A stretch of DNA of 49,617 nt from Macrostomum lignano (Eukaryota), in NCBI GenBank assembly GCA_002269645.1, contig NIVC01002885.1:1-49617 (forward strand), written 5' to 3'. Below the pieces are notes generated by a model, which saw only the letters and a list, made by a program, of their open reading frames with translations, made no database searches and was not told the DNA's origin. Position numbers and translations under genes: made by a program. Below, piece by piece: positions 10,701 to 22,319 of this stretch. Position 1 is the stretch's first letter, and each line of letters begins with the position of its first letter.

Positions 10701-13428
10701 TGACCTCGGGTTGCTTTTGGCCGCTTCTCCCTTGCCCCCCGGGGAGGGGGGCAACTGAGGAAGTCGTTACTGCCTTCGAAGGGTCTCACAGAGTGTGGAG
10801 TTCTTCATGCTGTTGCACTCGTATGCAGTTTGTGTAGCAGTTTTTTATTCTATGCTGCACGTTAAAGTACAAGTACGAGTATATTTTTAGATTAAATATA
10901 ATTAAAACTTAGGAAATTAGCCTAGAGCAACATTGAATGAAAAGGCGTTTGTAATTTAACTGTTAGAGACTATTATACTGATTTTGTAGCGATTGAAATT
11001 ATTTCATAAATCTTGCATTAGCTTATAGCTACATGTGTAATGAATTAGGAAGATAATTAAGTTGAAAAGCCATTTTTAATTTAAGATTTTAACTGCTATA
11101 GCAAACTTGCAGCTCAGAAAAAAACATTTAAGTTCAACTGCAATTATAGCCGCAAGTGTCAGCCAATTATAATCGTCCAATTAATATCCAAAATTACTTG
11201 AGACGTAGACTCTCGCTTCCCTGCTGATTGTCGTGATTGTCGGAAAAACAAGTTCGCAAATTTTAAAGCGATGTTCTTCTTTGTTGTCGGGCGCACCTGG
11301 TCCCGGCAGTTAAAATATTCTGGAGGCTTAATTCGTGGTAAATTGCATCGGCCAATTTTTTTCAGCAATCCGCTTTTTTTTCTGGCTGTTTTCATTGCAA
11401 TAAACTAGTTCAATCAAATGCGTAAGAGCGCTTGCGATTAACGTTTTTTTCGGAAGAAGCAAACTACCGCTACCCAATTTCTGCCGTCAGCTTACGCGTG
11501 TTGAAGCGAAGATGAAACTCGCGACGGCCCGCGCAATTGCTGGGAATATCTATGGTAAAAACCTTGCTTGGTTCAATGCTTTCAGCTGCAGTACGATTTC
11601 ACGAGTCCCGCTGAGAATGTCTATGGTAAAAACAAGGTCGGCCACTGTAGTATAACAGCTAGCTAGGACGTAGTAAAACTCAAAGATCGTGTGATTTTTA
11701 AGGAGACGAATTTCCTGAAAAAATACACTGCTGAGAGAGGAAAAATCTTTTTTCATCGCAAAATCAATGGTTGCATTTGATCTGGGGCAGCGATCAGATA
11801 GCCATTCGATTAATTTAAAAATACACAACATTTTACTCTGTTGCATTTTATATATTAGTGTAATGAAAGTTTCATTTTCACAGTGATTTCACAGTGAAAG
11901 TTGTTACTATACCAAGTAAAATTTTTGTTTTGTTGCTTCTTGAATCAAGTATTTGTTTAAAAAAGTTGCATGCAGTTACTCTTAAGCCATTGTTGAAGGT
12001 ATAATTTTATTTAAATGCATATTAGTAATAATTAAGTGTAGAAAATGTTTACCAATATCGTTTTTCATGTTGGTTGTTGACCTAGTCTTTAGAATGCGAA
12101 TAATTTTTACGACAAAGTCTAGCTTAAGGCTAGGACTACCTGCATGCAAAAATTATATTCCTCCTTCCTCCTTTTAAACTGCAGTATATGGTCCAAGGAC
12201 CACTGTATATACAGTGTATACGTGGTCCTTGAATTGGGGGAAAACCACTTAGTTCAATGCTGTCAGTTGGTTCATGGCCCACTGCAGAGAATGTCTCTGG
12301 TAAAGACTTACTTAGTTCAGTGCTATATTTATTTTGTTCAATATCGGTGCAGAAATAAAAACCCTATTAGGGATTAGTATGTGAGTCTATATTCGTTAGC
12401 CGTTATACATCTTAGGGCCTTTTCATATTGCTTGTTCTGGTTCCAGAACCAGAACCAATTTGTGAAGTATAACTCTTTGTCTCCATAACTAGAGGGAGAT
12501 ACGTGCTATAAAGTTTTTATTATTGAATGACAATCGCCAAGAAGAAAGTGAAAAATTGTGCAAAGTGAAGTTGTTAGGGCAGTCAAACATTCAACAGAAT
12601 TAAATTGTTATACTGCTGTTTTTCTTGGAAGATCGGAACCGATTTTGATTCTGGAATTGGTAATATGAGCCTCTTATTAGTATCCAACTAAACGCTATAT
12701 ATAACACCGTACCCCATATAACACCACACGTGAATCCAGGATCCATGACAGAGCCGCGCGTCTCTTAAATTGCTTGTTTTATTTAAAAATATAAAAAAAT
12801 TGACGTTCTAGCAGTTTAAAGAACTTAAGAATCAATATTAATACATACTTTTCTTTTAGAGCTTGTTAAATCGACGTTAATTTTAAATGTCCTTGGTTAA
12901 TTATTTTTTCTCATTGTTTGACGAGTTTTGTACCTTTACAAAGTAAAAAGTAAACATGACGAGACGAGAGTGAGCACAGTAAGCCATAACTGTGTCATCG
13001 AAATGAGCAATTCATTGCTTTTTAGTAGCAGTATAATTATTTTTATGCTGGTTTTTTTGTGCGCAGAGTGTGCTTAAGTTTGAAATCGCACACTGAAATA
13101 GAAAAATTAGGTGCGGTCTCACAACTTATTTTTCCTTTTAAGCCTTATTTGCATTCGATCTAAAAAACGAGACAATAGGTCAAGGCATTCTTTGGACACA
13201 AGAAAAGATGTGTAGACGTGTCTATATTCCCAGTTTTCTGAAGTAAGAGAAATTGCACTCTGAGTCTTAAAATCGCAGCCTGAAATTAGGTTTGGGTAGG
13301 TCTACAGGGTGCGATGTTGCACCGTGTCTCTCGCAAAAAAACTGTCATTTAATGTGTATAATGTATTTCATGATAATAAGTAGGCTCAAGCCTTGTTATT
13401 ATCACTAGGCCTACTAGGCCTACTCCAG

Positions 13429-14031
13429 GATGGAATTCTTGTATTTCTTAAGTCAAACGGAATTATGGGATTTTTTTATGGCGCGCAAAATATTTTTTAT
13501 TGGTCGCATTTTTTATTTTGGTACTTAGCACGTCGCAAAATGGTAAAACAATAAGACAATAACGAAAAATGCATTCTAAGAAAATGTAGTGATTTGAATT
13601 TTTGTCCAAATACATAATAAAATAAAGCAAAAAAAGCTTAAAATAAAGCAGTTTACTGCTAGTTTGTAAGGAATAAACAAATTTAATGCTTGTTCCTACA
13701 ATTCGTACAACAGAAACTAAAGTGTCTGTAGAAGTGTTTGAATAAGTGTCGGCGAATGTTTCATATGTACTTTTCATAGAATTTTTCCAATTTTTACTTT
13801 TGTGCCTTACTTAGGCCTAGTTTTTAGTTTTTATTCTTTTTTCTTCGTGATCTTAACTAGTAGGATTATCTTTTGCAAAATCCAATATTTCAAGGGCACT
13901 TTTGCATATATTAGGAATTAGCAATTTTGTCTGAAATTCTGCAACGCATTTTTTCCGGATTTTTTAATGCAAAATCGCATTTTTTTCGCGCAATCGCATA
14001 ACGCGTTGTTATTTTTTGCAAGAATTCCATC
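13429..14031. mobile_element. 603-bp MITE with 13-bp TIRs and a CAG target-site duplication (PIF/Harbinger-like)
   Basis: GATGGAATTCTTG (13429-13441) and CAAGAATTCCATC (14019-14031) are exact reverse complements; CAG at 13426-13428 and 14032-14034; no coding capacity. Confidence 0.7.
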
Positions 14032-14640
14032 CAGGGGCCTACTCCACCTGTCCACCATTATCTGTTATAGTACTGTCAAATTGACAGTTTTCTAAACAAT
14101 AATTTTTTAGCATAGGCCTAGACTATTGACATTTTTTGCTATTTATTAGTTTGCAATTGCAGTATTTTGTAAAAATTAAAATTTTTGATATATTGAATAA
14201 AACCCTTGGGTTTAGTAATGCAAAGCCAAAGGCGCATGTCCAAGGTGGCCACATCTGGCTAGGCCTAAGGTCTATTCTAGCTCCTAGGATGTAGAAAGGA
14301 GTGAGAGGACTATTGAATTTTAATTCCTAGGAGCCTAAATGATTAATTTGACTAGGAAATCCAATAAGATTTGAAAAATTTAGTTTATATTGATTTTTTT
14401 TCTATCAGATCTAGTTTGTATGAATAAAATGATACTTCATTTATAAAAATTGATAAAGGGATAAAAAGTTATTACCTTTTTATGTCCTTTTTTGTCTATT
14501 TTTGTAATGCATCTTTCCCATAAGGCCCTGTGATCAATTGTGACCAGAAGGTAAAAATATCAGAGAAAAGTGTTTGTAACTTTTGATTGGCTTGATGGAT
14601 ATTCAAAATTTAAAGTGTAACTTTTACCTTTTATCTAAGA

Positions 14641-14777
14641 GAATAGGCAGAATGCCTTGACAGACAGAACATCTAGAAAAAGATAGGCAGAATGCCTTGG
14701 CAGACAGAACATCTAGAAAAAGATAGGCAGAATGCCTTGGCAGACAAAATGTCTGGAGAGGATAGGCAAAATGCCTA
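14641..14777. repeat. 40-bp tandem repeat (GATAGGCAGAATGCCTTGGCAGACAGAACATCTAGAAAAA), ~3.5 copies
   Basis: Unit starts at 14642, 14682, 14722 and 14761. Confidence 0.85.
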
Positions 14778-15646
14778 GGATTGGACAGCACATCCTAGGG
14801 GAAAAAAGACAGCAATGTGCCCTTATTGAACAGCACCTTCTGGCTATTAAAAGGCAAAATGCCTTTAAAGAAAGAAAGCTGACTCAATGGCTTTTTTAGA
14901 ACTAATATTCAATAGGCATATAAGCATGATAATGAAGCTCAAAGCAGAGGCAAGTTGCTTCTCTACTGTGTATTTTGCTTGTTTTATACTACAAATATCA
15001 AATTTTAAACAAATATTAGACAAGAATTTATTCTACATAATGATAGAATAATAAAAGATATTTTAAAGCATATCGAGGTGAATGATTTTATTAGAAAAAT
15101 AGGGAAATTTTGTGAATAGAAAAAGTTCATAATTTGCACAGTATAGCAATATATGATTGTGCATAGAATAAGCAAGGTGTCTATAATAAGGCAAATTGAA
15201 TAACTAATAACTAAAAAACACTGCTACTTTACCTTGTGGCCACATTTGTTTGTGGCCACCTTGTTCTGTTACCAGTAATGCTAGGTCTAATGATAGTATG
15301 CCTAAAAACTCTAGGCAGTCTAGTGAGATTTTTAAAGTTAGGCCTAATTTTTAGTATTTATTTCTATTTTATTTTATAAATCTCATTTGCATGAGTAAAA
15401 ATATACCTTTATAGAAAAAATGGTCAAGTAATATAAAAATTATAAATCTTTTTGTATCTAAAAATTGATGATTCATTTTTTCATAATATACTTGTATTTT
15501 GCTTAGGCCTATTGAAACTTGATTTTTTATAAATGTTTTTTAACATTACTTTTTATTTAACTAATTTCTATTCTTAATATGATATTTTTTTGCTTTTTTA
15601 TCTTTATCAATTGATAAAAAATTGAAATTCTTTTGTTATAAAATCA

Positions 15647-16266
15647 CATAGCACTATTTGGATAACAGTTGTTTTGGTGACAAGATATTTTGGTGACAGT
15701 TATTTCAGTGACAAGCAAAGGTCAATTCGGTAATGAGAAAAAGACCTATTCAGTGAAAACCATTGTGGTTACAAATAGTAAATTATCTAGCCAATTATAA
15801 CTGATATGAAACTTTAATTTTAGATGTTTTCTGAAATGAGAAAGTATTTTTTCATTTAATTTTGTTTATTTACTATTACAAAAATATGATCTTTTGAACT
15901 TGTATATTTTCCAAAGCCAGTGTGCTCTTGTCACAGTCAGTATTTTGTTATAAGGATCCTCTATATGTTTATGGCTTGTGTCTGAATATTCTAGGAAAAT
16001 TCAAAATGATCTGCACAAAAAAACATTACTTACAATACATATAGATATTTTCAAATATATAAGAAACATAAATCTTAACAAAAACTACAAACTGATGAAC
16101 TGATATCTATGAAGTGCCTCGTGTCACTAAAATGACTAAAGTCACCAAATCTTCTATTTTTTACAAAAGGTTAACAATGTCTGCCACAGAATAAACTTGT
16201 CACTAAAACAACTATTTTCACTGAAATCACTTGTCACTTAAACAACTGACACTGCATTATCCCTAT
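15647..16266. mobile_element. Degenerate foldback/MITE-like element with inverted subterminal GTGACAAG / CTTGTCAC repeats
   Basis: Left cluster CAGTTGTTTTGGTGACAAG and TTCAGTGACAAG (15670-15716) mirrored by CTTGTCAC copies and TTAAACAACTG (16197-16248); termini and TSD not resolved. Confidence 0.35.
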
Positions 16267-17404
16267 GAAGTCGGGACTTTTGATATATAATCTCCTTTAG
16301 AAGACAGAAAATTATAAGTTAAAATTACTCTTAAAATCAAACTTTAAATAGGACCACTTCTAAGTGCAGTATTTTAGCATCAAATCTTGTGTCTTGTAGG
16401 AATGCAGCTTATATTTATTTTTGTGGTATGATCATTTAAACGGTGAAATTATATTGAAGGGATCATATTTTGAAATTTTAGGAAATTATCAGTATATTAA
16501 TCAATGAAAGTGAGAGGGTGCATATGGTCTGAATTCTGCACAAAAACAAGCAAAAAAACAAACTTGTTGCAATTGTCAGAAATGAGTTTCTGCTACTTTT
16601 TTGTAATATGATCCAAACATTACAAAATTGCTATTGAATTGATCTTGAAACGAAGTGTCACCCCTCTCACTTTTGTTATCCAATCCCCTTAATACAATTT
16701 CAAGCAAATTCACTATTTGAGGGATTCTATTCCAAAGTGAATATATGTGTAGCTTGTGAATTCGGAAAGTGAATATATAGTTTGTCTTTTTTGATCAAAT
16801 TGTACAAAGAATACACTTTTGCAACAACTATGATTATTACAGTGGTATGATAAAGTGGCAACTGACCTTGCCCATATGCAAGGGGATTATATAACAAAAC
16901 AGTGCAACAGGGGGAGTGGCATAATGAAAGAATGCCAAAATTTAATATCGCCAAAATAACCAAAACCCTTGCAAAGCTTTAAAGAAGTATGTTGTAGGCC
17001 TAAAGTTGTTAGTAAGAAGGGTGAGAAACATTAAGCAGATTTGTAGAGCTTTATCAGTAGAGGCTTAACAGAGGTTGTTTCAGTCTCTTTAAAGTTGGGT
17101 TTTGTTAAAATTCTTTCACTTTGAGGAACACAGCAACAGACTGCTTCTACTACCTTCTAGGGCAATTAAAGAAGTTTTTCTCTATGCTCTTGTTGCTAGG
17201 GTCCTGCGGGCCTCAAGTAGTGTGTTTTTTTTCACTTCTAGCCAGTCCCTTGTCTTTACACCTCTAGTCATCTTGGTGGTTTTCACACTTCTGACTCCCG
17301 ATAGTCTGCAATTCAAAGGTGCAAAGGGGGTTATTTTGTTGTCAAACTTTCACAGACGCTTCTAAAGTAGTTTCACTTTAATTGCTTATTCTGCTGCTAA
17401 AAGC

Positions 17405-18604
17405 ATGGGTAAACACAAGCAAAAAAAACATGTTCAGGAAGAGGACGCAGCAGAGCCAGTGGTTGATGCTGAGCCTCAGGAGGCTGAGGTCGAGGAAGCT
17501 GCCGCTGCCCCCGATGGTGCCAAGGTTCGCAGGCCCCAGGTGAGTGATTTCTGTGACTTCTGTGTGCACTTACATCCTTTGTAGTCCACTTGGCTGCTCG
17601 CTCAACTTTTGGCCTTGCTTAGAAGATTTACATGCTTTTAACTCTCCACTCAGTTCCCTCAGCTGGTCACTACCCCTACCCTCAGTTCCCTCAGCTGGTC
17701 ACTCACCCTCAGCTGGTCACTCACCCTCAGCTGGTCACTCACCCTCAGCTGGTCACCAACCCTCCTCAGCTGGTCACTCACCCTCAGCTGGTCACCAACC
17801 CTCCTCAGCTGGTCACTCACCCTCAGCTGGTCACTCACCCTCAGCTGGTCACCAACCCTCCTCAGCGGGTCACTCACCCTCAGCTGGTCACTCACCCTCA
17901 GCTGGTCACCAACCCTCCTCAGCGGGTCACTCACCCTCAGCTGGTCACTCACCTCAGCTGGTCACTCACCCTCAGCTGGTCACCAACCCTCCTCAGCGGG
18001 TCACTCACCCTCAGCTGGTCACTCACCCTCAGCTGGTCACTCAACCCTCCTCAGCTGGTCACTCACCCTCAGCTGGTCACTCACCCTCAGCTGGTCACTC
18101 ACCCTCAGCTGGTCACTCACCCTCCTCAGCTGGTCACCACCCTCCCCAGCTGGTCACTCGCAAGCACACCAGATTCCCCAACCAAACTGGCAGGTGAAAA
18201 TGTCCTACGAGGAGCAGCTGAACTACGTGACGCCCATAGCCAATCCGATGGCCCCAAAGAAGGTGAACAAAAAGCTGCTCAAACTTATCCGCAAAGCCAA
18301 ACGCGGCAAGAAAGTTCACCAAGGCGTGAAACTCATTCCTAAGCTGATTGTAAAGAAGCGCCAATCTGGCATTGTGGTTATCGCTGGTGACGTCACCCCG
18401 ATCGATGTTGTCTCTCACCTGCCGTTGCTGCTGGAGGAGCACAGCGTACCTTATTGTTATTCGCCGTCTAAACGCGAAATTGGCGCCGCCTGCGGTTCCC
18501 GACGCGGCATCGCTCTGGTGTTCGTGCAGCGACACGACGATTTTGGCGACCTGTTCGACAAGATGCGCGACAAATTGCTTGAACTGCCGCTGCCCATCTC
18601 CTAA
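17405..18604 (+). CDS. NHP2: H/ACA ribonucleoprotein subunit NHP2 (L7Ae family), join(17405..17539,18194..18604), 181 aa
   Basis: Exon 1 MGKHKQKK...VRRPQ with donor CAG|GTGAGT (phase 0); acceptor GGCAG|GTG. Exon 2 has NHP2 hallmarks (YEE..TPIANPM, GIVVIAGDVTPIDVVSHLP, VPY..PSK.EIGAACGS, C-terminal LPLP). Confidence 0.9.
17650..18160. repeat. Intronic 18-bp minisatellite (CTCAGCTGGTCACTCACC) with 21-bp variants
   Basis: Fills most of the NHP2 intron. Confidence 0.92.
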
Positions 18605-18688
18605 GATTGTCTGCTGGGAGTCTGGAGCTGTATTGTAGTTTAGTCCTGATTAAGAATTAAGACTATAGTCTATTTGCAAACATAAGTA

Positions 18689-18788
18689 CACTCAGCAGCA
18701 TGTTAAAGTTTCCATCCCGGAAAGCAGTGGTTAAATTTCCACTTGTTCACCACTGATTTGGGGATGGAAACTTTTACACGTTGCTGGG
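18689..18788. mobile_element. ~100-bp palindromic element (MITE-like or pre-miRNA-like hairpin), TA on both sides
   Basis: TGTTAAAGTTTCCATCCC pairs with GGGATGGAAACTTTTACA, inner CAGTGGT/ACCACTG stem, outer CAGCA/TGCTG. Confidence 0.45.
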
Positions 18789-18948
18789 TATGCTGTCTAT
18801 GGGTCTATGGTTTCGATAGTACAATGGAGTTTTAATTGTTAACCCAGTCTAAGCTACTCGAAAACACCCCAAAGCACAGATTCTATATTACCTAGATGCC
18901 ACTCCAGCATTCGCTAATGTATTTAGCGGCTGTCTCCGAGGTCCTGAA

Positions 18949-19111
18949 AACCCCGGGGTTTGTGCCATAGACACCAGCTGCTAATGCTTGAGAGCAGCAG
19001 AAGCTACAGTCTATGGTCCGAACCCCGGGGTTAGGGCTACAGACACCAGCTGCTGCTACTAATGCTTGAGAGCAGCAGAAGCTACAGTCTATGGTCCGAA
19101 CCCCGGGGTTA
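18949..19111. repeat. Short tandem duplication (~72-78 bp, ~2.3 copies) with AACCCCGGGGTT palindromes
   Basis: GACACCAGCTGCT...GAGAGCAGCAGAAGCTACAGTCTATGGTCCGAACCCCGGGGTT is repeated. Confidence 0.8.
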
Positions 19112-19569
19112 GAGAGTTTTGGGCCGCAGGGATATAGGCCTCTAGACTCCTTCAACTCGGCTATTTCAGTTTTGGCCATAGACAAAAGCTAAAAAATGCC
19201 TCTAACTATGGTCGCGGTCCATCTAAGTGTGTCTTGTCTTAGTTTGTGCGCTTCTTTTCAACAATGGAACTCAATTAATGCTAGTTTATGACTCTTGCGG
19301 GTCAAATTATTTTCAAGATTGCTAGTTCAGTGCAACTTTTTCCTGTACAAATTTTTTAACAAAAATGCCTTTAATAGTTCCAATTAATAACTCTGTGCGC
19401 GTTTGAAAGCATTTTTTATTATAAAGAAGGTGCATTGCAATTGCAATATTTGGTAGCTAAATACTTTAAAGCTGTGGCTATACAAACAATTCTGTCTGCT
19501 GGATTGGAATTCTGTTTCTTGTTCTGTTGTTTCTTTTTTAATTTCTATATTTAGCTAATGGCTTTGTTA

Positions 19570-19900
19570 ATCTCAATACCCTCTCCATCACCCTCCGTAC
19601 CCTCTCAATACCCTCTCCATACCCTCCGTACCCTCTCAATACCCTCTCCATACCCTCCGTACCCTCTCAATACCCTCCCTAGCCTCGCGATACCTTCCTT
19701 ACTCTATCTGTAACCTCCCCTGTCCCTGCCCAATACCCTCCCTGCCCTCCCAATACCCTCCCTGCCCTCCCAATACCCTCCCTGCCCTCCGACCTATCCA
19801 TACCTCTGTACCCTCTTAAATACCTTCACGACCCTCTGCATACTCCGTTACCTCCACCTACCCTCTTTACCCTCCCTCTACTTACCAAAACTTCACACCC
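19570..19900. repeat. Degenerate C/T-rich tandem repeat (CTCAATACCCTCTCCATACCCTCCGTACCCT-type)
   Basis: Several ~30-bp and ~20-bp related copies upstream of SNU13. Confidence 0.75.
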
Positions 19901-20078
19901 TCAATCACCTTACCGTTCTCGTACCATCCCACTTCATTTTATTTCATCCTCTCATTCAATCCCGTGTCTGTGGCACCTCAACGACCCACCACCATTTATT
20001 GCCCTTTGCTTTCACTCAATATCGAACAAAAAACTGTAATACAGCCTTTTCTCCCTTATTTGCATGCGAACTTGAAAA

Positions 20079-20462
20079 ATGTCCGACGAAGTGAATCCCA
20101 AAGCTTATCCGTTGGCTGACGCTGTGCTGACAGAGAAAATTCTCGAGCTGGTGAAACAGGCAGTCAGCTACAAGCAGATGAAGAAAGGCGCTAATGAAGC
20201 TACAAAAGCTCTGAACAGAGGCCTAGCCGAGTTCATAGTGATGGCGGCTGATGCCGAGCCGCTGGAGATTCTGCTGCACCTGCCGTTGCTATGCGAGGAC
20301 AAAAATGTGCCGTATGTGTTTGTCCGATCCAAGGTGAATCTGGGCAGGTGCTGCGGAGTCAAGCGGCCCGTCATCGCCTGCGCCGTACTGCAGAACGAAG
20401 GCTCGGAGCTGAAACCGCTGATCAACTCGCTGCAACAGTCTATTGAGAAGCTGCTAATCTGA
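20079..20462 (+). CDS. SNU13: U4/U6 snRNP and box C/D snoRNP protein SNU13 (15.5K/NHP2L1), 127 aa, no intron in the CDS
   Basis: [10 protein letters not shown]...[60 protein letters not shown] closely matches the conserved 15.5K sequence over its full length. Confidence 0.97.
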   Translation: MSDEVNPKAYPLADAVLTEKILELVKQAVSYKQMKKGANEATKALNRGLAEFIVMAADAEPLEILLHLPLLCEDKNVPYVFVRSKVNLGRCCGVKRPVIACAVLQNEGSELKPLINSLQQSIEKLLI

Positions 20463-20599
20463 TGCGGAATATTAATTATGGCATTCATTAATTATTCATT
20501 ACTTTTCAACTAATTGTTGCTATGAGGATGGGTTACTTAGTTCAATTTTGTGCGTTTTATGGGACAGTAACTAATATGGACAAGTTTATTAATACATTT

Positions 20600-20605
20600 A
20601 ATAAA
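20600..20605 (+). terminator. AATAAA polyadenylation signal after SNU13
   Basis: First canonical hexamer seen after the SNU13 stop, ~140 nt downstream. Confidence 0.45.
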
Positions 20606-21324
20606 AATATAATTACTAACTAATGGCATTTCGATTCTAGCTAGCTGCGTCACTCGCGTTGTTGTTGGCGACTAAATATTGTGTACATTTTTGGAAACCT
20701 TTAGTCTGAATTGTTGTTTGCTTTTGTTAGTCTTTTTTATTTCGGTTCTGAACACGACCCTGGTTCGATTCCGTAAGCGGCCACACGGAGTGTACATGTC
20801 TGATGCAAGGACTACTTAACAACACAGGACGTTAAACTTGCAAATATTGGCAGAATTCTCAGAGGCCGCTTTGAATATATGTTTATGGTTTTAGTGGCCT
20901 TTTTGCTTAGTAATTCGCATGGCAGCGCAGCATGATTTCGACTGTCAAAACATTGTCGAGACACATCTTAAGTGCTGCACTCCCTCACAGCGCATCTGTC
21001 CAACTACGAGTATATTCGATGAGGTTTTATGTACAACCTTCTCTGCGTCTTCGTGGGTGTCACGTCATTTGATAGCAAGAGGATACTCCAGATAAGCTAG
21101 CACGTACAGGCATCCGCATTTGTAGCCCGGCTCGTTCCAATTTACAGTCTTCATCCAGAATTTTTTCAACCAAGTAATTCGTCTTATCCAAATTGCATGT
21201 ACACACATTTGGTGGGACAGTTGTGAATGTGACAACCACTTTACTAAGCGTCTTTTACTTTACTTGAAAGTCTACTAATCAAGGTTTTTTCGACGCTTTC
21301 ATTTTGAGGGCTCCAGGAGTCTAC

Positions 21325-21452
21325 AATCTAAGTAGACTCCAGTCTCTAATCTAAGTAGACTCCAGTCTCTAATCTAAGTAGACTCCAGTCTCCAATCCAA
21401 TCTAAGTAGACTCTAGTCTCCAATCTAAGTAGACTCCAGTCTCTAATCTAAC
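21325..21452. repeat. 23-bp tandem repeat (AATCTAAGTAGACTCCAGTCTCT) x ~5
   Basis: Direct reading. Confidence 0.9.
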
Positions 21453-22319
21453 CGTAGGCTAAAAGGCTAAAGACTCCAGCTCCCAATTTAAGTAGTGATA
21501 AATAAACAAATAAAAACCACTGACTTTAAATACCTTAGCTAAATCGTGTCATTTTGCGTTAGTAAAATAAATAGAAAAAGTGGAATAATTAAAAATTTAT
21601 ATATTGTGTATTTGCTAAATGTGAGTAATAAACAAATATTAGAGATTGAAGGCTGCAGACGTAGGCAAAATTGCATTGAATAAATATAAAGCGGCAACTT
21701 GCAGCAGTTAAGTTGTCACGGCAAAAGTTGTAAAAAGCTTCGCAAGAAAAAAATAACAAAGCAGAATAAAAGTGGAGCTGGCAGCGAAGCAGAAGCAAAA
21801 GTTATCAATCAACTGTAACAAATCAAGCTCAAAAACAGATTAAAGTTCAAATATATCAGACTAGACAGGTGCTGAAAAAATTATAAATCATAAATAAAAT
21901 AATTAGGCGCAGTACAATTTGCGCAACTAGCTACTAATACAAGCACTGTTTTAAGGCGTACGAGCATACAATGCGCATTTTAGCACCTAAATTTGCTGTG
22001 GCTATAAATAAGAAATAAAATTTTGCTAATCGACTTACGAGTAATATCAGAATATTCAAATTGAGTTATAAAGGTAAATTGATTTAACGATAAAATTTCA
22101 AACTAAAGAGTTAGCAATAAATAAACAAATAAAGAACCAATGCAAAGTTATGAAGACCAAAAGGTCTGTATTAATTTTAGAGTTTATATTTCTATACCGC
22201 GATTCTGCGATATACTGCGATTCAATGAAGATCCACAGGTAAGTAAAATTTAAGGGCAACTCGATTACAATTAGTTCTGCAATCTTTTAAAGGTAAATAT
22301 CAAAAACATAACATTTTAT

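Noticed and set aside
11159-11395. 78-aa minus-strand ORF (MKTARKKS...) with a possible CAA|GTAATT donor at 11198
   Set aside because: No downstream exon joins in frame without an early stop; no family resemblance.
14241-15625. Scattered inverted matches (CAAGGTGGCCACA at 14241 vs 15251; TTGATAAAG(G)GATAAAAAG at ~14450 vs ~15595)
   Set aside because: The pairs are not nested as a single foldback would require; termini undefined.
17539-20079. Alternative splicing of NHP2 exon 1 onto the SNU13 ORF
   Set aside because: The AG at 20043-20044 puts the phase-0 donor out of frame with SNU13 (34 nt to the ATG).
20750-20790. tRNA T-arm/B-box-like GGTTCGATTCC
   Set aside because: No acceptor stem, D-arm/A-box or anticodon arm could be built; at most a SINE/tRNA relic.
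20940-21270. Protein-like minus-strand reading frames downstream of SNU13
   Set aside because: Interrupted by stops, with no start, splice sites or recognisable domain; possibly decayed TE.
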